Part shown: piece by piece, positions 9,429 to 21,457 of the stretch
How the letters are laid out: each line of letters opens with the position of its first letter
Numbering within the stretch: the stretch's first letter is position 1
Assembly (NCBI GenBank): GCA_934168245.1
Contig: CAKPMY010000007.1
Coordinates: forward strand, 1,834 to 65,833
Direction of reading: 5' to 3'
Length of the DNA: 64,000 bases
DNA from: an uncultured Bacilli bacterium
GTDB taxonomy: Bacteria > Bacillota_I > Bacilli_A > RF39 > UBA660
Made by a program: the position numbers and the translations under genes
The notes under the pieces: model-generated
Seen by the model: only the letters and a program-made list of their open reading frames with translations
Databases searched by the model: none
Told to the model about the DNA's origin: nothing

Positions 9429-12053
9429 TTATTCTTTATTATTGATTGCAGCTTGAGCAGCGGCTAATCTTGCTACTGGTACACGGAATGGTGAACAAGA
9501 TACATAATCAAGTCCTACTCTATGACAGAAATCAATACTCTTTGGATCCCCACCATGTTCACCACAGATTCCTAAGTGAATATTTGGTCTAGTTTTGCGA
9601 CCAAGTTCAGCAGCCATAGCAACTAATTTACCAACACCAGTTTGATCGATTGTTGCGAATGGATCTTGTTCAAGAATTTTCTTCTTGTAATAATCTCCTA
9701 AGAATTTAGTAGCATCATCTCTTGAGAAACCAAATGTCATTTGAGTTAAGTCATTTGTACCGAAACTGAAGAATTCAGCCTCTTCTGCTATTTCATCAGC
9801 AGTTAGAGCGGCTCTTGGAATTTCGATCATAGTACCAACTTCATACTTTAAGTCAGCACCTTTTTCCTTAATAATTTCATTTGCTGTTTCTACAACAATA
9901 TTTTTAACATATTTTAATTCTTTTACAGTTCCAACTAGTGGAATCATAATTTCAGGAATAACTGTTTTGCCTTCATTTTGAACATTTATTGCTGCTTCAA
10001 TTACGGCTCTTGTTTGCATTTTAGCAATTTCTGGATAAGTAATTGCTAGACGGCAACCACGATGTCCCATCATTGGATTGAATTCTTTTAATGATTCAAC
10101 TCTATTCTTTAAGGCTTCAAAAGTCATACCTAAACTTTCAGCTAAAGGTTTAATTTCTTCATCTGTATGTGGTAAGAATTCATGTAGAGGTGGGTCTAAG
10201 AAACGAATTGTTACTGTATAACCATCCATGGCTCTAAATAAGCCTTCAAAGTCATCTCTTTGATATGGAAGAATTTTTTCTAGCGCTTCTTCACGTGCTT
10301 CTACAGTTGTTGCAGTAATCATACGACGGAAGTTAAAGATTCTTTCTTCCTCAAAGAACATATGCTCAGTACGGCATAGACCAATTCCTTCAGCACCGAA
10401 CTTTCTAGCCTGAAGAGCATCTCTTGGAGTATCAGCATTTGTTCTGATTTTTAATTTACGAGTAGCATCAGCCCATTCCATGATTGTTTCAAAGTTACCT
10501 GAAATTTCTGGTTCAACGGTTTTAATTTGTTCTCCGTAAACATTACCAGTTGATCCATCAAGACTGATATAGTCTCCTTCATGGAATGTTGTGCCATCTT
10601 TTAATTTTAAAGTTTTATTTTCTTCATCAACAATGATATCACCACAACCTGATACACAGCAAGTACCCATACCACGAGCAACAACGGCAGCGTGTGAAGT
10701 CATACCTCCACGTACAGTTAAGATACCATGAGCTAAGTTCATACCTTCGATATCTTCTGGTGAAGTTTCAAGTCTTGCTAAGATAAGATCTTTTTCTCCT
10801 GCTTCATGCATTTTAATTACATCTTCAGCAGTAAAACATAATTTACCAGTTGCAGCGCCAGGAGAAGCAGCAAGTCCAGTAGCAATTACTTTAGCAGCCT
10901 TTAGACTAGCATCATCGAAGTTAGGATGTAGCAATTGATCTAATTGCTTTGGTTCAATCTTTAATAAGGCTTCTTCCTTAGAAATCATACCTTCATTTAC
11001 TAAGTCTACAGCAATTTTTAAAGCAGCCTTAGCAGTTCTTTTACCATTTCTTGTTTGTAACATGAATAGTTTACCATCTTCAATAGTAAATTCCATATCT
11101 TGCATGTCACGATAATGGTCTTCTAGAATCTTACAAATTTTCTTGAATTCTTCGTAACATTCTGGCATTACTTCTTTTAATGTTTCAATACTTTTTGGTG
11201 TACGAATTCCTGCTACAACGTCTTCACCTTGAGCATTCATTAAGTATTCACCATATAATTTATTTTCTCCAGTTGCTGGGTTTCTTGTGAAGGCAACACC
11301 TGTTCCTGATGTTTCACCTTTATTACCATAAACCATTTCTTGAACGTTTACAGCAGTTCCCCATTCACTAGGAATGTCATTTAAACGACGATATGTAATT
11401 GCTCTATCATTGTTCCAACTTCTAAATACAGCTTTTACAGCCTCTATTAGTTGTTCTTTTGGATCTTGTGGAAAATCAGCATTAGCATGTTTCCTATATT
11501 CTCCTTTATAGATTTCAATTACTTCTTTTAAATCATCAGCAGTTAATTCTGTATCGAATTCAACATTCTTTTCTTCTTTAATTTTATCGAAAAGTCTTTC
11601 AAATGATGATTTTGGGAAGCCCATAACAACATCAGCAAACATTTGAATAAAACGACGATAAGAATCGTAAACGAATCTTGGGTTATTTGTTACTTCACTA
11701 AATCCTTCAGCAACAGCATCGTTTAATCCTAGATTTAAAACTGTATCCATCATACCAGGCATACTTGCTCTAGCACCAGATCTTACAGATACTAATAATG
11801 GATTCTTAACATCGCCCATTGTTTTACCTGTTATCTCTTCTAGTTCTTTGATTTTAGATTCAATTTCTTCTATGATTGAGGAATTTAGTTTTTCACCATC
11901 TTCGTAGTATTTTGTACAAGCCTCTGTAGTTACTGTAAAACCTCTTGGAACTGGTAAGCCGATATTAGTCATTTCTGCTAAGTTGGCACCTTTACCACCT
12001 AAGAGATTACGCATATCTTTACTTCCTTCAGTAAACATATATACATATTTCAT
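9429..12053 (-). CDS. ppdK: Pyruvate, phosphate dikinase
   Basis: Full-length 874 aa. Motifs GGMTSHAAVVARGMG (phospho-His domain), ATP-grasp N-terminal and PEP-utilising C-terminal (GICGE...) are all present. Confidence 0.95.
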   Translation of the reverse strand: MKYVYMFTEGSKDMRNLLGGKGANLAEMTNIGLPVPRGFTVTTEACTKYYEDGEKLNSSIIEEIESKIKELEEITGKTMGDVKNPLLVSVRSGARASMPGMMDTVLNLGLNDAVAEGFSEVTNNPRFVYDSYRRFIQMFADVVMGFPKSSFERLFDKIKEEKNVEFDTELTADDLKEVIEIYKGEYRKHANADFPQDPKEQLIEAVKAVFRSWNNDRAITYRRLNDIPSEWGTAVNVQEMVYGNKGETSGTGVAFTRNPATGENKLYGEYLMNAQGEDVVAGIRTPKSIETLKEVMPECYEEFKKICKILEDHYRDMQDMEFTIEDGKLFMLQTRNGKRTAKAALKIAVDLVNEGMISKEEALLKIEPKQLDQLLHPNFDDASLKAAKVIATGLAASPGAATGKLCFTAEDVIKMHEAGEKDLILARLETSPEDIEGMNLAHGILTVRGGMTSHAAVVARGMGTCCVSGCGDIIVDEENKTLKLKDGTTFHEGDYISLDGSTGNVYGEQIKTVEPEISGNFETIMEWADATRKLKIRTNADTPRDALQARKFGAEGIGLCRTEHMFFEEERIFNFRRMITATTVEAREEALEKILPYQRDDFEGLFRAMDGYTVTIRFLDPPLHEFLPHTDEEIKPLAESLGMTFEALKNRVESLKEFNPMMGHRGCRLAITYPEIAKMQTRAVIEAAINVQNEGKTVIPEIMIPLVGTVKELKYVKNIVVETANEIIKEKGADLKYEVGTMIEIPRAALTADEIAEEAEFFSFGTNDLTQMTFGFSRDDATKFLGDYYKKKILEQDPFATIDQTGVGKLVAMAAELGRKTRPNIHLGICGEHGGDPKSIDFCHRVGLDYVSCSPFRVPVARLAAAQAAINNKE

Positions 12054-12145
12054 ATTCTATATTCCCTCCTATGTCATTAGACTCTTTTAGTATAGCAATT
12101 TATTGGTTTTATAACAAGTTTTTTTCTGATTTTTAACGATTTTTT

Positions 12146-12178
12146 TACATAGAAAAAGACTTATTTTAATAAGTCTTT
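12146..12178 (-). terminator. Putative terminator overlapping the trxA stop codon
   Basis: aagactta-ttttaa-taagtctt hairpin followed on the minus strand by a T-rich tract. Confidence 0.4.
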
Positions 12179-12460
12179 AATGGCATCTTTTTCTAAATAG
12201 CCAATTGAAGTTTGTTCTTCTTTTCCCTTTTTAAATACTTTTAAAGTTGGGATAGACATAATACCATACCTACCTGCTAAGGCTTGATGTTTATCGACGT
12301 CAACTTTTATAACTGTTAAATCTTTATTTTCTTTAGATATTTCATCAATAATAGGACTTATTAAGCGACATGGGCCACACCAAGTGGCATAAAAGTCTAC
12401 TAGAACTAAATCATTATTTATTAATTGATCAAAATCTTGTTCATTTTCTAAGAATATCAT
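12161..12460 (-). CDS. trxA: Thioredoxin
   Basis: WCGPC active site. About 100 aa. Confidence 0.9.
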   Translation of the reverse strand: MIFLENEQDFDQLINNDLVLVDFYATWCGPCRLISPIIDEISKENKDLTVIKVDVDKHQALAGRYGIMSIPTLKVFKKGKEEQTSIGYLEKDAIKDLLK

Positions 12461-12483
12461 ATTAATTCCTTTCCTTTGACGTT

Positions 12484-13230
12484 TTACTTGTATTTTGCTA
12501 TTACTTTATCGATTCCTTTGACACCTTCTAGTTTGTCTAGAATTACTAATTGTTCAACAGTATGAGCAGTTGTTATATCGTACTTTATCATAGTATCGAT
12601 TATTTGTAAATTGGCATCATTAGTACTTATCTTTTTGTTTACTACTTTGTCGGCAACTGTATAAATATCAGTTATAGAATTAGTTACATTACTAGTACTA
12701 CTTGATAAGATTGGACTCTTATAAACAATAGTATTAACTAGATAACTATTTTTATACATTTTGAAATTTTGAAATGGTAAAACTAGGAATAATAGTATTA
12801 AAAAGGCAAATAAGTATCCTTCTAATAATCCGATGATAAAGCCACCAATTGCTGATGGTAACTTTAAGATTATAGTGGCATTAACTAGTTTTTGGAGTAA
12901 TCCAGAGACGGTTGTTAAAATACCATAAATGGATAATAGTAAGACTATTATAATGATGAAGGCTAATAGTTGATATATTAAAATATTTATAGAAACTAGG
13001 CCTTCTAGTTCACCTTTAAAAGTAAAGAATGGAAAATATTTACATAGAAAATTGCCGAATTGATCTTTTAGTTGAAAAGCAACTAAGAAAACGATGATAA
13101 TTCCAACTAGGGATACCGCTCCTTTTATTACTCCTTGTTTGGCTCCGGCGATTGCAAATATAGCAATAAATAGTACTATACCGATGTCAAATACTATACC
13201 TTTGTCAAGTATATCTGTAAGTATACTCAT
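12484..13230 (-). CDS. CvpA-family-like integral membrane protein with a C-terminal soluble extension
   Basis: Four or more TM helices at the N-terminus. Position next to rnhC mirrors Bacillus (yshB/cvpA beside rnhC). The track start is GTG at 13239. The ATG at 13230 has an AGGAGAGTGA RBS. Confidence 0.45.
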   Translation of the reverse strand: MSILTDILDKGIVFDIGIVLFIAIFAIAGAKQGVIKGAVSLVGIIIVFLVAFQLKDQFGNFLCKYFPFFTFKGELEGLVSINILIYQLLAFIIIIVLLLSIYGILTTVSGLLQKLVNATIILKLPSAIGGFIIGLLEGYLFAFLILLFLVLPFQNFKMYKNSYLVNTIVYKSPILSSSTSNVTNSITDIYTVADKVVNKKISTNDANLQIIDTMIKYDITTAHTVEQLVILDKLEGVKGIDKVIAKYK

Positions 13231-13304
13231 TTTAATCACTCTCCTATTTTTAATTATAAACTATTTTTAGTAATTATGCTATAATAATTTTAGAGGTGGA
13301 CATA

Positions 13305-14216
13305 ATGAACGTAGTTATTAAAGTAAATGATGAAATAAAACAGAAAATGATTGAATATTATAAAGATAAAAAAAGAGATAAAGTTATTCCTTATGTTGTT
13401 TTTCAGGCAGAGGAAGAAGACACAGTTATTACAATGTATGAATCTGGCAAAGTAATGTTTCAAGGAAAAAGTGCGGATGTTGATGCAGCGATGTGGGGAG
13501 TGGCTTTGGAAAATACAAAAGAAAAACAAGAAGAAGCAAAAAAAGCCGATGCAAAATATTACAATACTAATGCTGTTGGATCAGATGAAGTTGGCACTGG
13601 AGATTATTTTGGACCGATTGTTGTTACGGCTACTTATGTAAAAAAAGAAGATATACCTTATTTAGAGAGTTTAGGCGTTGGAGATTCTAAAAAGATAGAT
13701 GATTCTAAGATCTTAAAAATTGCGCCAGAAATTGCTAAGCGAGTTAAGTATCGTAGTATTATACTTAGTAATAAAGAATACAATGAAAAGTATGCAAAAG
13801 ATATTAATATGAATAAGATTAAGGCAATTATGCATAATAAGGTTTTATATCAATTAATGCAAGAAGAAAAACCAGTCGTTGATTATATTATTGTTGATGA
13901 GTTTGCTAGAGAAGCAAGATATTATGAATATTTAAGAGATGTTAAAGATGTACAACGTGATATTACTTTTATTACAAAGGCAGAAGATAAGAATTTGGCG
14001 GTTGCCGCTGGTTCAATTATTAGTAGATATATTTTCTTGAAAGAGTTTGATAAGTTATGTGATAGTATTCATATTCCATTACCTAAAGGTGCTGGTAAGG
14101 ATGTTGATACTATTGGTGAAGAGGTCGTTGAAAAATACGGGAAGGATAAGTTAAAAGAAATTGCGAAGTTTAATTTTAAAAATACAGATAGGATTTTACA
14201 TACGATGGTTATGTAG
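13305..14216 (+). CDS. rnhC: Ribonuclease HIII
   Basis: DEVGTGDYFGP catalytic motif of RNase HII/HIII plus an ~80-aa N-terminal domain typical of HIII. The ATG at 13305 has a GAGGTGGA RBS; the track start at 13296 is GTG. Confidence 0.85.
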   Translation: MNVVIKVNDEIKQKMIEYYKDKKRDKVIPYVVFQAEEEDTVITMYESGKVMFQGKSADVDAAMWGVALENTKEKQEEAKKADAKYYNTNAVGSDEVGTGDYFGPIVVTATYVKKEDIPYLESLGVGDSKKIDDSKILKIAPEIAKRVKYRSIILSNKEYNEKYAKDINMNKIKAIMHNKVLYQLMQEEKPVVDYIIVDEFAREARYYEYLRDVKDVQRDITFITKAEDKNLAVAAGSIISRYIFLKEFDKLCDSIHIPLPKGAGKDVDTIGEEVVEKYGKDKLKEIAKFNFKNTDRILHTMVM

Positions 14217-14227
14217 GTGAAGATAGT

Positions 14228-14839
14228 ATGAGTGATTTTAATCTATATTGGGATGATATTCATAAGAAGTATAATTCAACTTATGATGACTGGTTAAATA
14301 AGTATACAAAACTATTTAATAAAGATTTTAAATTTATAGAACTTGGGTGTGGAAGAGCTTATTGCAGCAAGTACTTGGTTTCTCTTGGTTTTAGTAATGT
14401 TATTGCTACTGACTTTTCTACAGCAGTATTAGAAATGGTAAACGATGAGAACAAAGATATAGAAACTATGCTATTTGACATGACAGGAGGATTACCATTT
14501 GCTGATGATTCGGTCGATGTTGTTATTGCGGATTTATGTTTACATTATTTTGATAGTGAAACGACTAAATATATTATTAAAGAAATTTTACGAATACTAA
14601 AAAAAGATGGCTATCTTTTAGTTAGAGTTAATTCAACCAAGGAAGTACAACAGAAAAATAATTTGGAAAAAATCGATCATAATTTTTACTTTGATGGAAA
14701 TATTTATAAAAGATATTTTGATGAGGAAGATTGCTATTATTACTTTAAAGATTTTAAGGTTTACTATTTACAAGAGTCGGCAATGGATAGATATGATAAT
14801 CCTAAAGTACTATGGGAATTATGTCTTAGAAAAAATTAA
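14228..14839 (+). CDS. Class I SAM-dependent methyltransferase
   Basis: Motif I ELGCGRAYCSKYL, motif VVIADLCLHYF. AGGTGAAG RBS. Confidence 0.75.
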   Translation: MSDFNLYWDDIHKKYNSTYDDWLNKYTKLFNKDFKFIELGCGRAYCSKYLVSLGFSNVIATDFSTAVLEMVNDENKDIETMLFDMTGGLPFADDSVDVVIADLCLHYFDSETTKYIIKEILRILKKDGYLLVRVNSTKEVQQKNNLEKIDHNFYFDGNIYKRYFDEEDCYYYFKDFKVYYLQESAMDRYDNPKVLWELCLRKN

Positions 14840-14876
14840 GTAAAGTAAAAGACTTCATTAGTTTGTGAAGTCTTTT

Positions 14877-16742
14877 CTATTGTAACTCTTTTCCAAAATA
14901 TTTTTTTATTAAACTATTTAGTTCATATGTTTTTATTGGCTTTGGAAGGTACTCATCGAAACCTTCATTTAAGTATAATTCACGCATACCGGAAATAGCA
15001 TTAGCAGTTAAGGCTACGACTGGAGGAATTTTATAACCATCTAGTTTTTTAATCTTATGAAGAGTTTCAATACCATTCATACTTTGCATCATATGATCCA
15101 TGAAGATCATATCGTACTTATTATCTTCTTTTATTTTGTAGATACAATCTCTTCCAGAGGTTACCTTTTTAATGTTAAATTTATAAGGCTCTAACATTCT
15201 TTCAGTTACTCTTATACTTAATTCATCATCATCAACTATTAAAACTGTGTAGTTAGAACAATCGATGTAGTTAATTTTTGCATCACTTTGAATACTATTT
15301 TTGATATCACCTATTGGCATACTATTTACTACTTTTTGATCTAGTTCTACTTGGAAGGCACTACCTACTCCAAAATCACTTTTAAATGTTAAAGTTCCAT
15401 CCATTAGATCTAGGTATTTTTTTATTGATATTAAATTGAAACCTGTATCATTAACACTATCAGTAGCAATAGTATCACTTTGACTTAGCAGAGTCGTCAA
15501 TTTGTCTGAGTCTTCTTTACTCATACCACAGCCGGTATCATTAACTTTCATAGTTAAATGACAAATTTCAGGATCTTCCTTGGACATTTCAATCGATAGT
15601 TTTATTTTACCAACTTCGGTATGTTCTATGGCATTAGTTAAAAGATTTAATAGTACTTGATATATTTTATTATAATCACCATAAAGTTTACTTGGAATTT
15701 GTTCATCTACTTCAAAGAAGAATTCGACGGGTTTCTCACCTATCTTTGTTTCAGCAACATCGTTTAAGTCTTTAACAATATTGACTAAGGAATATTCTTT
15801 TTGTTCTAGGGCATCACTATCAGAATCTAAGGCTGATATATCTAGGACATTATCAATAATGTTTAATAGATTACTACCGGCTATAGATATTTCTTTTATG
15901 TAGTTCTTGGCTTTTTCTTCAGTGTAATTATCATCTTTTATGACTAGTTTACTACAGTTAATAATTGTATTCATTGGATGAACTATTTCACTTGACATAT
16001 TAGACAAGAAGTCGGACTTTGTTTTATTTGATTTATCAATTTCTGCCTTAATTTCTTCAAGTTTGGCAACATTTTTAATATCTGGATTTTCAATGTTGAA
16101 ATATAAATAGAACATCTGAATAGCAGCACCAATGGCCTCGATAGCAATATTAGGAAATAGAAATTGTAATGACATATCAACGGCTAAGATAATTACTTGG
16201 ACGTAGATTGTCTTTTTCTTTCTAGCATTTATTTTTTTAGCATGAGCCATTGTATAAATAATTATAGAAATCATTATTATACTACAGTATGTAATTAAGT
16301 AATATGCGGCTGGGCCTGGTAGATAAGACATTTTATCGAAACTAGAAAATGGGATAAAGAAATATACGATTAAAACTATAATTGTAAGTATAGATACTAC
16401 TTTAATCCTTGTATCAGTTATCATATATTTTAAAAGTGATGTTTCTTGGATATCTCGTAAGAAAGCGAGACTATATAAATATAATAAGTAAAACCAAGCA
16501 ACGGCTGAAAGCCAGTGAATTCTAGCCGCTATTAATTCTATTTGACTATTCTCAACATGATAAACTATAGCACATAAGCCTATTTCTGTTACTATTAAAA
16601 GCATCATGGTAATAAGTAGATATTTATATAGTGTGGTTTCAATTGTTTTTTCGTTGGTTTGGGAGAAGTAAATTAAAAGTAATAAAATCATGAAAAAGAA
16701 ACTACCAAGTGTTAAGATTAAACCTGAAATCATAGACATCAT
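14877..16742 (-). CDS. Hybrid sensor histidine kinase / response regulator (N-terminal polytopic membrane domain, HisKA, HATPase_c, C-terminal receiver)
   Basis: About six TM helices. H-box region [17 protein letters not shown]-box NDTGCGMS. Receiver [10 protein letters not shown]...[14 protein letters not shown]...K. Confidence 0.8.
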   Translation of the reverse strand: MMSMISGLILTLGSFFFMILLLLIYFSQTNEKTIETTLYKYLLITMMLLIVTEIGLCAIVYHVENSQIELIAARIHWLSAVAWFYLLYLYSLAFLRDIQETSLLKYMITDTRIKVVSILTIIVLIVYFFIPFSSFDKMSYLPGPAAYYLITYCSIIMISIIIYTMAHAKKINARKKKTIYVQVIILAVDMSLQFLFPNIAIEAIGAAIQMFYLYFNIENPDIKNVAKLEEIKAEIDKSNKTKSDFLSNMSSEIVHPMNTIINCSKLVIKDDNYTEEKAKNYIKEISIAGSNLLNIIDNVLDISALDSDSDALEQKEYSLVNIVKDLNDVAETKIGEKPVEFFFEVDEQIPSKLYGDYNKIYQVLLNLLTNAIEHTEVGKIKLSIEMSKEDPEICHLTMKVNDTGCGMSKEDSDKLTTLLSQSDTIATDSVNDTGFNLISIKKYLDLMDGTLTFKSDFGVGSAFQVELDQKVVNSMPIGDIKNSIQSDAKINYIDCSNYTVLIVDDDELSIRVTERMLEPYKFNIKKVTSGRDCIYKIKEDNKYDMIFMDHMMQSMNGIETLHKIKKLDGYKIPPVVALTANAISGMRELYLNEGFDEYLPKPIKTYELNSLIKKYFGKELQ

Positions 16743-18586
16743 ATGCTCACATCCTTTTCATCATTTAGATAATTAGTAATTATTCTGTTAATTTCTTCGC
16801 TACTTATAGGTTTATAAATAATATCTTTTATATAATCTTTGGATTTTTTTTCTTTATTTTCATTCATTTCAATAAGCGTACATGGAGTTGTTTTCATCTT
16901 TAATATTTGTTCTAAATTTTCGTTTAAAAAGATTGTATCTATAAATACCAAGTCATACTCTTCAAATCTAATTTTGTTATTGGCATCATCCATAGAGTAA
17001 GAATTAGTAACATTAAAGTTTTTATTTTCTAGAAATTTATTAATGATTATATGGTTTACTCTATTTTCATCGGCTATTAAAATGTTTTTCTTAGTTATAA
17101 CTTCTTTTACTGTTTCTTCTGGTAGTGTTGCCTCATTACCTAAACTTTGAATTAGAGAAATGGTACAGTCACAAGAACCATTATTATTTTTGAAATCAAT
17201 ATCTCCTCTTAAAAGATGAATATACTTTTTGGCAATAATTAATTTTAAGTCTGAATTGTTTATAGTTGTATGCTCTTCTCCATCTAGTTTTACGTAGTCA
17301 TTAAATTCAATATTAAATTTTTCTGGACTGATATGAGCATTATTACTTGATATTGTGAAAAGTAACTGGCAGATATTGTGACCATTTTCTTTGGCACTTA
17401 CAGATAAAGTTACCTTGCCAGAAGATGTTGCGGAAATAAAATAGTCAGTTATAGAAGTTAAAATCTTGCGTACTTTTTCGGAGTCACCTACTAATTCTTT
17501 TGGGATATTATTGCTTGTTATTGTTGTGTATTCTACTTCGTCCGAAATTTTTGAATGAATACTTTCATCTAAGTCAAAGATTAAACTTGAAGGTTGATAT
17601 TTTTCATTACGGATTTTTTCCTTATTTGTTTCAAGAGATGATATATCAAGAATAGTATTTATTGATTCCATTAATAGATTGCTGGCTTCATAAATGCTTC
17701 TAGTATCTCTTTTAGCGACTTCTTCAGTTAAAGGACTTTCATTTAAAAGAATTTCACTGAAACCTAGAATAGTACTCATAGGAGTTCTAATTTCATGGGA
17801 CATGTTGATTAAAAATTCGGTTTTGGCCTTATCGGCTACTAAGGCTTGCTCTTTTGATGATTCTAATTCTTGAACTAATTTACTATCTTGACTTTCAATC
17901 GTAAAGTATAAGGTTGTGATCATGAAAGCGGCTAAAAATGAAACCGTGTTCAAGTCATAATCTAAGAATAATTGTGGTGCCAATAAGACTACGGCTATTA
18001 TTTCTAGAGTAAAATAAATTATTCTTTGACGTTTTGAGGAGATTAATCTCTTTTTAAGAGTCATGACGATTATGACGATTGCGGCAAGTAAAAAGCCATT
18101 AGCATAAACTATAATTGTACCTGGTCCTCCGAAATTATAAAAGCCAGTTCTTGAACTTCTAAACTCTAATGGGAAGGCAAATGATACTCCAGTTATTATT
18201 AATGATACTAATATTAAAGCTAATAAAGAACGTCTGTTCTTTTTTCGAGACTTATTTTGATCTTCACACTGGTTATAAAGTGTCAACAAGTAATATATAA
18301 ATGTATTTACTAACACTAAAATACCTATTGTATAGATTCGACATGTTACTTCTGTTAGTACAGGATTCTTATCAATTACAGAAAGGCCATAAACATAAAG
18401 ACTTTCACTAAGTGTTAGAGCGATTCCTGATAATAACAGTACGGTAAATACCTTTGTCTGAATATTCCATACTTTCTTTTTACTTAAATATACAAATAAT
18501 ATAAGTATTAAGAAAACAAAACCACATACCGCAAAAGCGACACTCTCATACATCCTATATGTTACACTAATTGTATCCACACTCAC
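16739..18586 (-). CDS. Hybrid sensor histidine kinase / response regulator (paralogue of the downstream gene)
   Basis: Polytopic N-terminus. H-box [24 protein letters not shown]-terminal receiver [10 protein letters not shown]...[12 protein letters not shown] start at 18586 with AAAGGA RBS. 4-nt overlap (ATGA) with the next gene. Confidence 0.8.
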   Translation of the reverse strand: MSVDTISVTYRMYESVAFAVCGFVFLILILFVYLSKKKVWNIQTKVFTVLLLSGIALTLSESLYVYGLSVIDKNPVLTEVTCRIYTIGILVLVNTFIYYLLTLYNQCEDQNKSRKKNRRSLLALILVSLIITGVSFAFPLEFRSSRTGFYNFGGPGTIIVYANGFLLAAIVIIVMTLKKRLISSKRQRIIYFTLEIIAVVLLAPQLFLDYDLNTVSFLAAFMITTLYFTIESQDSKLVQELESSKEQALVADKAKTEFLINMSHEIRTPMSTILGFSEILLNESPLTEEVAKRDTRSIYEASNLLMESINTILDISSLETNKEKIRNEKYQPSSLIFDLDESIHSKISDEVEYTTITSNNIPKELVGDSEKVRKILTSITDYFISATSSGKVTLSVSAKENGHNICQLLFTISSNNAHISPEKFNIEFNDYVKLDGEEHTTINNSDLKLIIAKKYIHLLRGDIDFKNNNGSCDCTISLIQSLGNEATLPEETVKEVITKKNILIADENRVNHIIINKFLENKNFNVTNSYSMDDANNKIRFEEYDLVFIDTIFLNENLEQILKMKTTPCTLIEMNENKEKKSKDYIKDIIYKPISSEEINRIITNYLNDEKDVSI

Positions 18587-18847
18587 ACATCCTTTATTGT
18601 TCTATTATCTCTTATAATCTTACAACAAATATGGCAAAAACTCAATCATTTTATAGAAAAATTATTGCTTTGCTTGACGGAAAATAAAAAAAATATTACT
18701 AGACAGAATAAAGTTTTTGAACGAAAAAAGAAAGAATGATGGATACCTTTATGCTATTTTCTCACTTCAATGCTTATTAAATAAAAACCGATAAAAAAAG
18801 CCAAACGAGTTTAAGTCGTTCAACCTTTTTTCTTAGTAATAATTATT

Positions 18848-19333
18848 TTATTTTCTTTTATATAAGACATGATGATATATTAGATTATTGTCTTGATGAG
18901 TAGAAAGAAGTTTTCTTTCCCAGTCTTCTTTATTTATTTTAGGAAAATAGGCGTCGGCGGTGGCACTTGAGTCTATTTCTGTTAAGATTAACTTAGTAGC
19001 ATATGGTAAAAATTCTTCATAGACTTTGGCTCCACCGATTACCATTACTTCTTCATCTAGACCTTTTAAATAATTTAGTAGTTCTTCAAGATTGTTATAT
19101 ATATAAATATCAGTAGAGGCTTTCATATCTTGATGGGTTAAAACTAAATGAGTTCTTCTAGGAAGACGACCATTTGGAAGAGATTCTAAAGTCTTTCTAC
19201 CAAGAATTATTTTTTTATCGATTGTTTGCTCTTTGAAGAATTTTAAATCTTCTTTTAGATGCCAGATTAAATTATTATTGAGACCAAGTTCATTATTTTT
19301 ACCTATTGCGGCTATTAATGTTATTGTAGCCAT
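18848..19333 (-). CDS. folA: Dihydrofolate reductase
   Basis: MATITLIAAIGKNNELG...LIWHL...VMVIGGAKVYE motifs. Coupled to thyA. Confidence 0.9.
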   Translation of the reverse strand: MATITLIAAIGKNNELGLNNNLIWHLKEDLKFFKEQTIDKKIILGRKTLESLPNGRLPRRTHLVLTHQDMKASTDIYIYNNLEELLNYLKGLDEEVMVIGGAKVYEEFLPYATKLILTEIDSSATADAYFPKINKEDWERKLLSTHQDNNLIYHHVLYKRK

Positions 19334-19334
19334 A

Positions 19335-20186
19335 TTAGATACCTATTTCAAATTTCATTTGAGGGTTTTGTTCTTTTATTTCTTCTCGTGGATAGTCAAT
19401 TATTTTTATATCATCAATAGTAAAGTCGTAGAAGTTTTTCTTTTCAGGATTTAGCCAAATTTTAGGGGCACACTCTACTGGTTTTCTTTTTAATAATTCT
19501 TTGACTTGTTTTATATGACGATCATATATTTGAATATTATTATAAAACCATGTAAAGCGACCTGGTGTTAGTCCTAAGTGTCTGGCCATTAGATGTAAGA
19601 ATACTAGATACTGAACTTGATTTATACAACCGGCAGTTGCAAAGTCACTTGAACGTTGAGTAAGACACATGTCTAGGTAATCTACCCCGTCCTTTCCATG
19701 ACGAACATTCCATTCTGTCATAAAAGCACAAGGCTTTAGACCATGTTTTTCTTTAAAGTCATCTTCTTGCCAAAGACTTATTATATGGCGACGACCATCA
19801 GGATTTTCTTCTATATCCTTTATTAAGTTTTTTACAAGGTTATGTCTTCTTACGGTTTCACCATAGACTGTTCCAATGGTTCTATTACCAATATCCCATT
19901 CATCCCACCAAGTTACTCCATATTTATCTCTTAGAAGATTAAGATCATTGGACTCATCTTGATATATCCACAATAGTTCACCAATACTAGATTTTATGGC
20001 GATTGGTCTTAAAGTTATTAAAGGGCTTTCTCCTTTAGTTAAATCATAGGTACACATACCATGGTTAATACTTAGGGTGTGGGCCTTAGTTCCATCAGCA
20101 TAATGACCTCTGGGATCTTTATCTAGACAGCCTTCTCTTAAGATTCTTCTGAATATTTGTTTTGCATATTTGTCACCTTTTGTCAT
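19335..20186 (-). CDS. thyA: Thymidylate synthase (ThyA type)
   Basis: Motifs LPPCHAFMQ-equivalent (KPCAFMTEWNV) and DMCLTQRSSD. The true start is the ATG at 20186 (MTKGDKY) with a perfect AAGGAGG RBS; the track start at 20228 lies upstream of that RBS. Confidence 0.9.
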   Translation of the reverse strand: MTKGDKYAKQIFRRILREGCLDKDPRGHYADGTKAHTLSINHGMCTYDLTKGESPLITLRPIAIKSSIGELLWIYQDESNDLNLLRDKYGVTWWDEWDIGNRTIGTVYGETVRRHNLVKNLIKDIEENPDGRRHIISLWQEDDFKEKHGLKPCAFMTEWNVRHGKDGVDYLDMCLTQRSSDFATAGCINQVQYLVFLHLMARHLGLTPGRFTWFYNNIQIYDRHIKQVKELLKRKPVECAPKIWLNPEKKNFYDFTIDDIKIIDYPREEIKEQNPQMKFEIGI

Positions 20187-20296
20187 GTTATTCCTCCTTA
20201 GACTAGTTAATTGTATCATATTAGTCATTTTTTATGTGTTGCTTTTGCAACATAAATACAATTTAGGCAAAGAAAAAGATGATTGTAAAAATCACC

Positions 20297-21442
20297 TTAA
20301 TCATTCTTTTTAACAAACTTATCAAAGTCTATGATTTCTCTTGTTGTCATATCAGTATCTTTTAGTTTTTCTATTAAAGACTTTTGTTCTCTAGTTAATT
20401 TTTTAGGAGTGTAAACTTTGAATATTACGTACATATCGCCTTTATGTCTACGATATTCATTATTTACTCCTTTACCTCTAATTTTTTGTTTTTCTCCTGA
20501 TGAAGTTCCAGCATCAATTGATAGTTTGACATTTCCGTAAAGAGTTGGAATTACTTTTTTACAACCTAGAATGGCCTCAGTTAGAGTTAATGGTACTTCT
20601 AGATAAATATCATCATTATCTCTAGTATAGTAATCATGCTCCCCTACTACGTATTCTAAGTATAAATCACCATTTTCGCCACCGTTTGTACCAGGATTTC
20701 CTTTTCCTGTTATTCGTTGACGGTCTCCTGTATTTACTCCGGCTGGGATATTTATAGTTATTCTTTTGCTCTTTTTTATTCTACCTTTGCCGCTACATTC
20801 ACTACATTTTCTCTTATAGATTTTTCCTACTCCATTACAGTCTGGGCAAGGACCTTTAGATAAGAAGGACCCTAGAATAGTTTGTCGTTGACTGGTAACA
20901 GTACCAGTGCCATGACAAGTTTCACAAGTTTCAGGATCAAAGCCACCTTTACCGTGACATTCTTCACATTCTTCAACTACATCTAGATTGAACTTCTTTT
21001 CTGTACCGAATATAGCCTCTTCAAAATCTAGGTTCATGCGCATTAGAACGTCACTACCACGAGTTCGTCTAGTTCTAGATGAATCTTGGAAGTTGGAAAA
21101 ACCACCAAAGCCACTGGCGTTGCCACCGAAGAAAGAATCAAATATATCACCAAAGTCAAAACCAGAGGCATCAAAGCCGCCAAATCCTGCTCCACCGGCT
21201 CCGGCATAAGAATTGTTAACTCCCGCATGACCATATTGATCATACATTTTACGTTTTGATTCATCTGATAAAACTTCATAAGCCTCTTGAGCCTCTTTAA
21301 ATTTATCAGCAGCAGTTGGATCATCTTTATTTAAGTCTGGGTGATATTGTTTGGCTTTTTTACGGAAAGCACTTTTTATTTCATCAGTACTGGCATTTTT
21401 ATCAATTCCTAATACCTCATAATAATCTCTTTTATCTGCCAT
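20297..21442 (-). CDS. dnaJ: Molecular chaperone DnaJ
   Basis: J-domain with HPD, G/F-rich region, four CxxCxGxG zinc-finger repeats. Confidence 0.95.
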   Translation of the reverse strand: MADKRDYYEVLGIDKNASTDEIKSAFRKKAKQYHPDLNKDDPTAADKFKEAQEAYEVLSDESKRKMYDQYGHAGVNNSYAGAGGAGFGGFDASGFDFGDIFDSFFGGNASGFGGFSNFQDSSRTRRTRGSDVLMRMNLDFEEAIFGTEKKFNLDVVEECEECHGKGGFDPETCETCHGTGTVTSQRQTILGSFLSKGPCPDCNGVGKIYKRKCSECSGKGRIKKSKRITINIPAGVNTGDRQRITGKGNPGTNGGENGDLYLEYVVGEHDYYTRDNDDIYLEVPLTLTEAILGCKKVIPTLYGNVKLSIDAGTSSGEKQKIRGKGVNNEYRRHKGDMYVIFKVYTPKKLTREQKSLIEKLKDTDMTTREIIDFDKFVKKND

Positions 21443-21457
21443 GTATTTACACCTCTT

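Noticed and set aside
18587-18847. Possible ncRNA or tRNA in the 260-nt gap between folA and the hybrid kinase gene
   Set aside because: No tRNA-like T-arm (GTTCGAATC-type) sequences, no strong inverted repeats beyond a 5-bp hairpin, and no recognisable riboswitch core. Most likely it is just the kinase promoter region plus a weak folA terminator.
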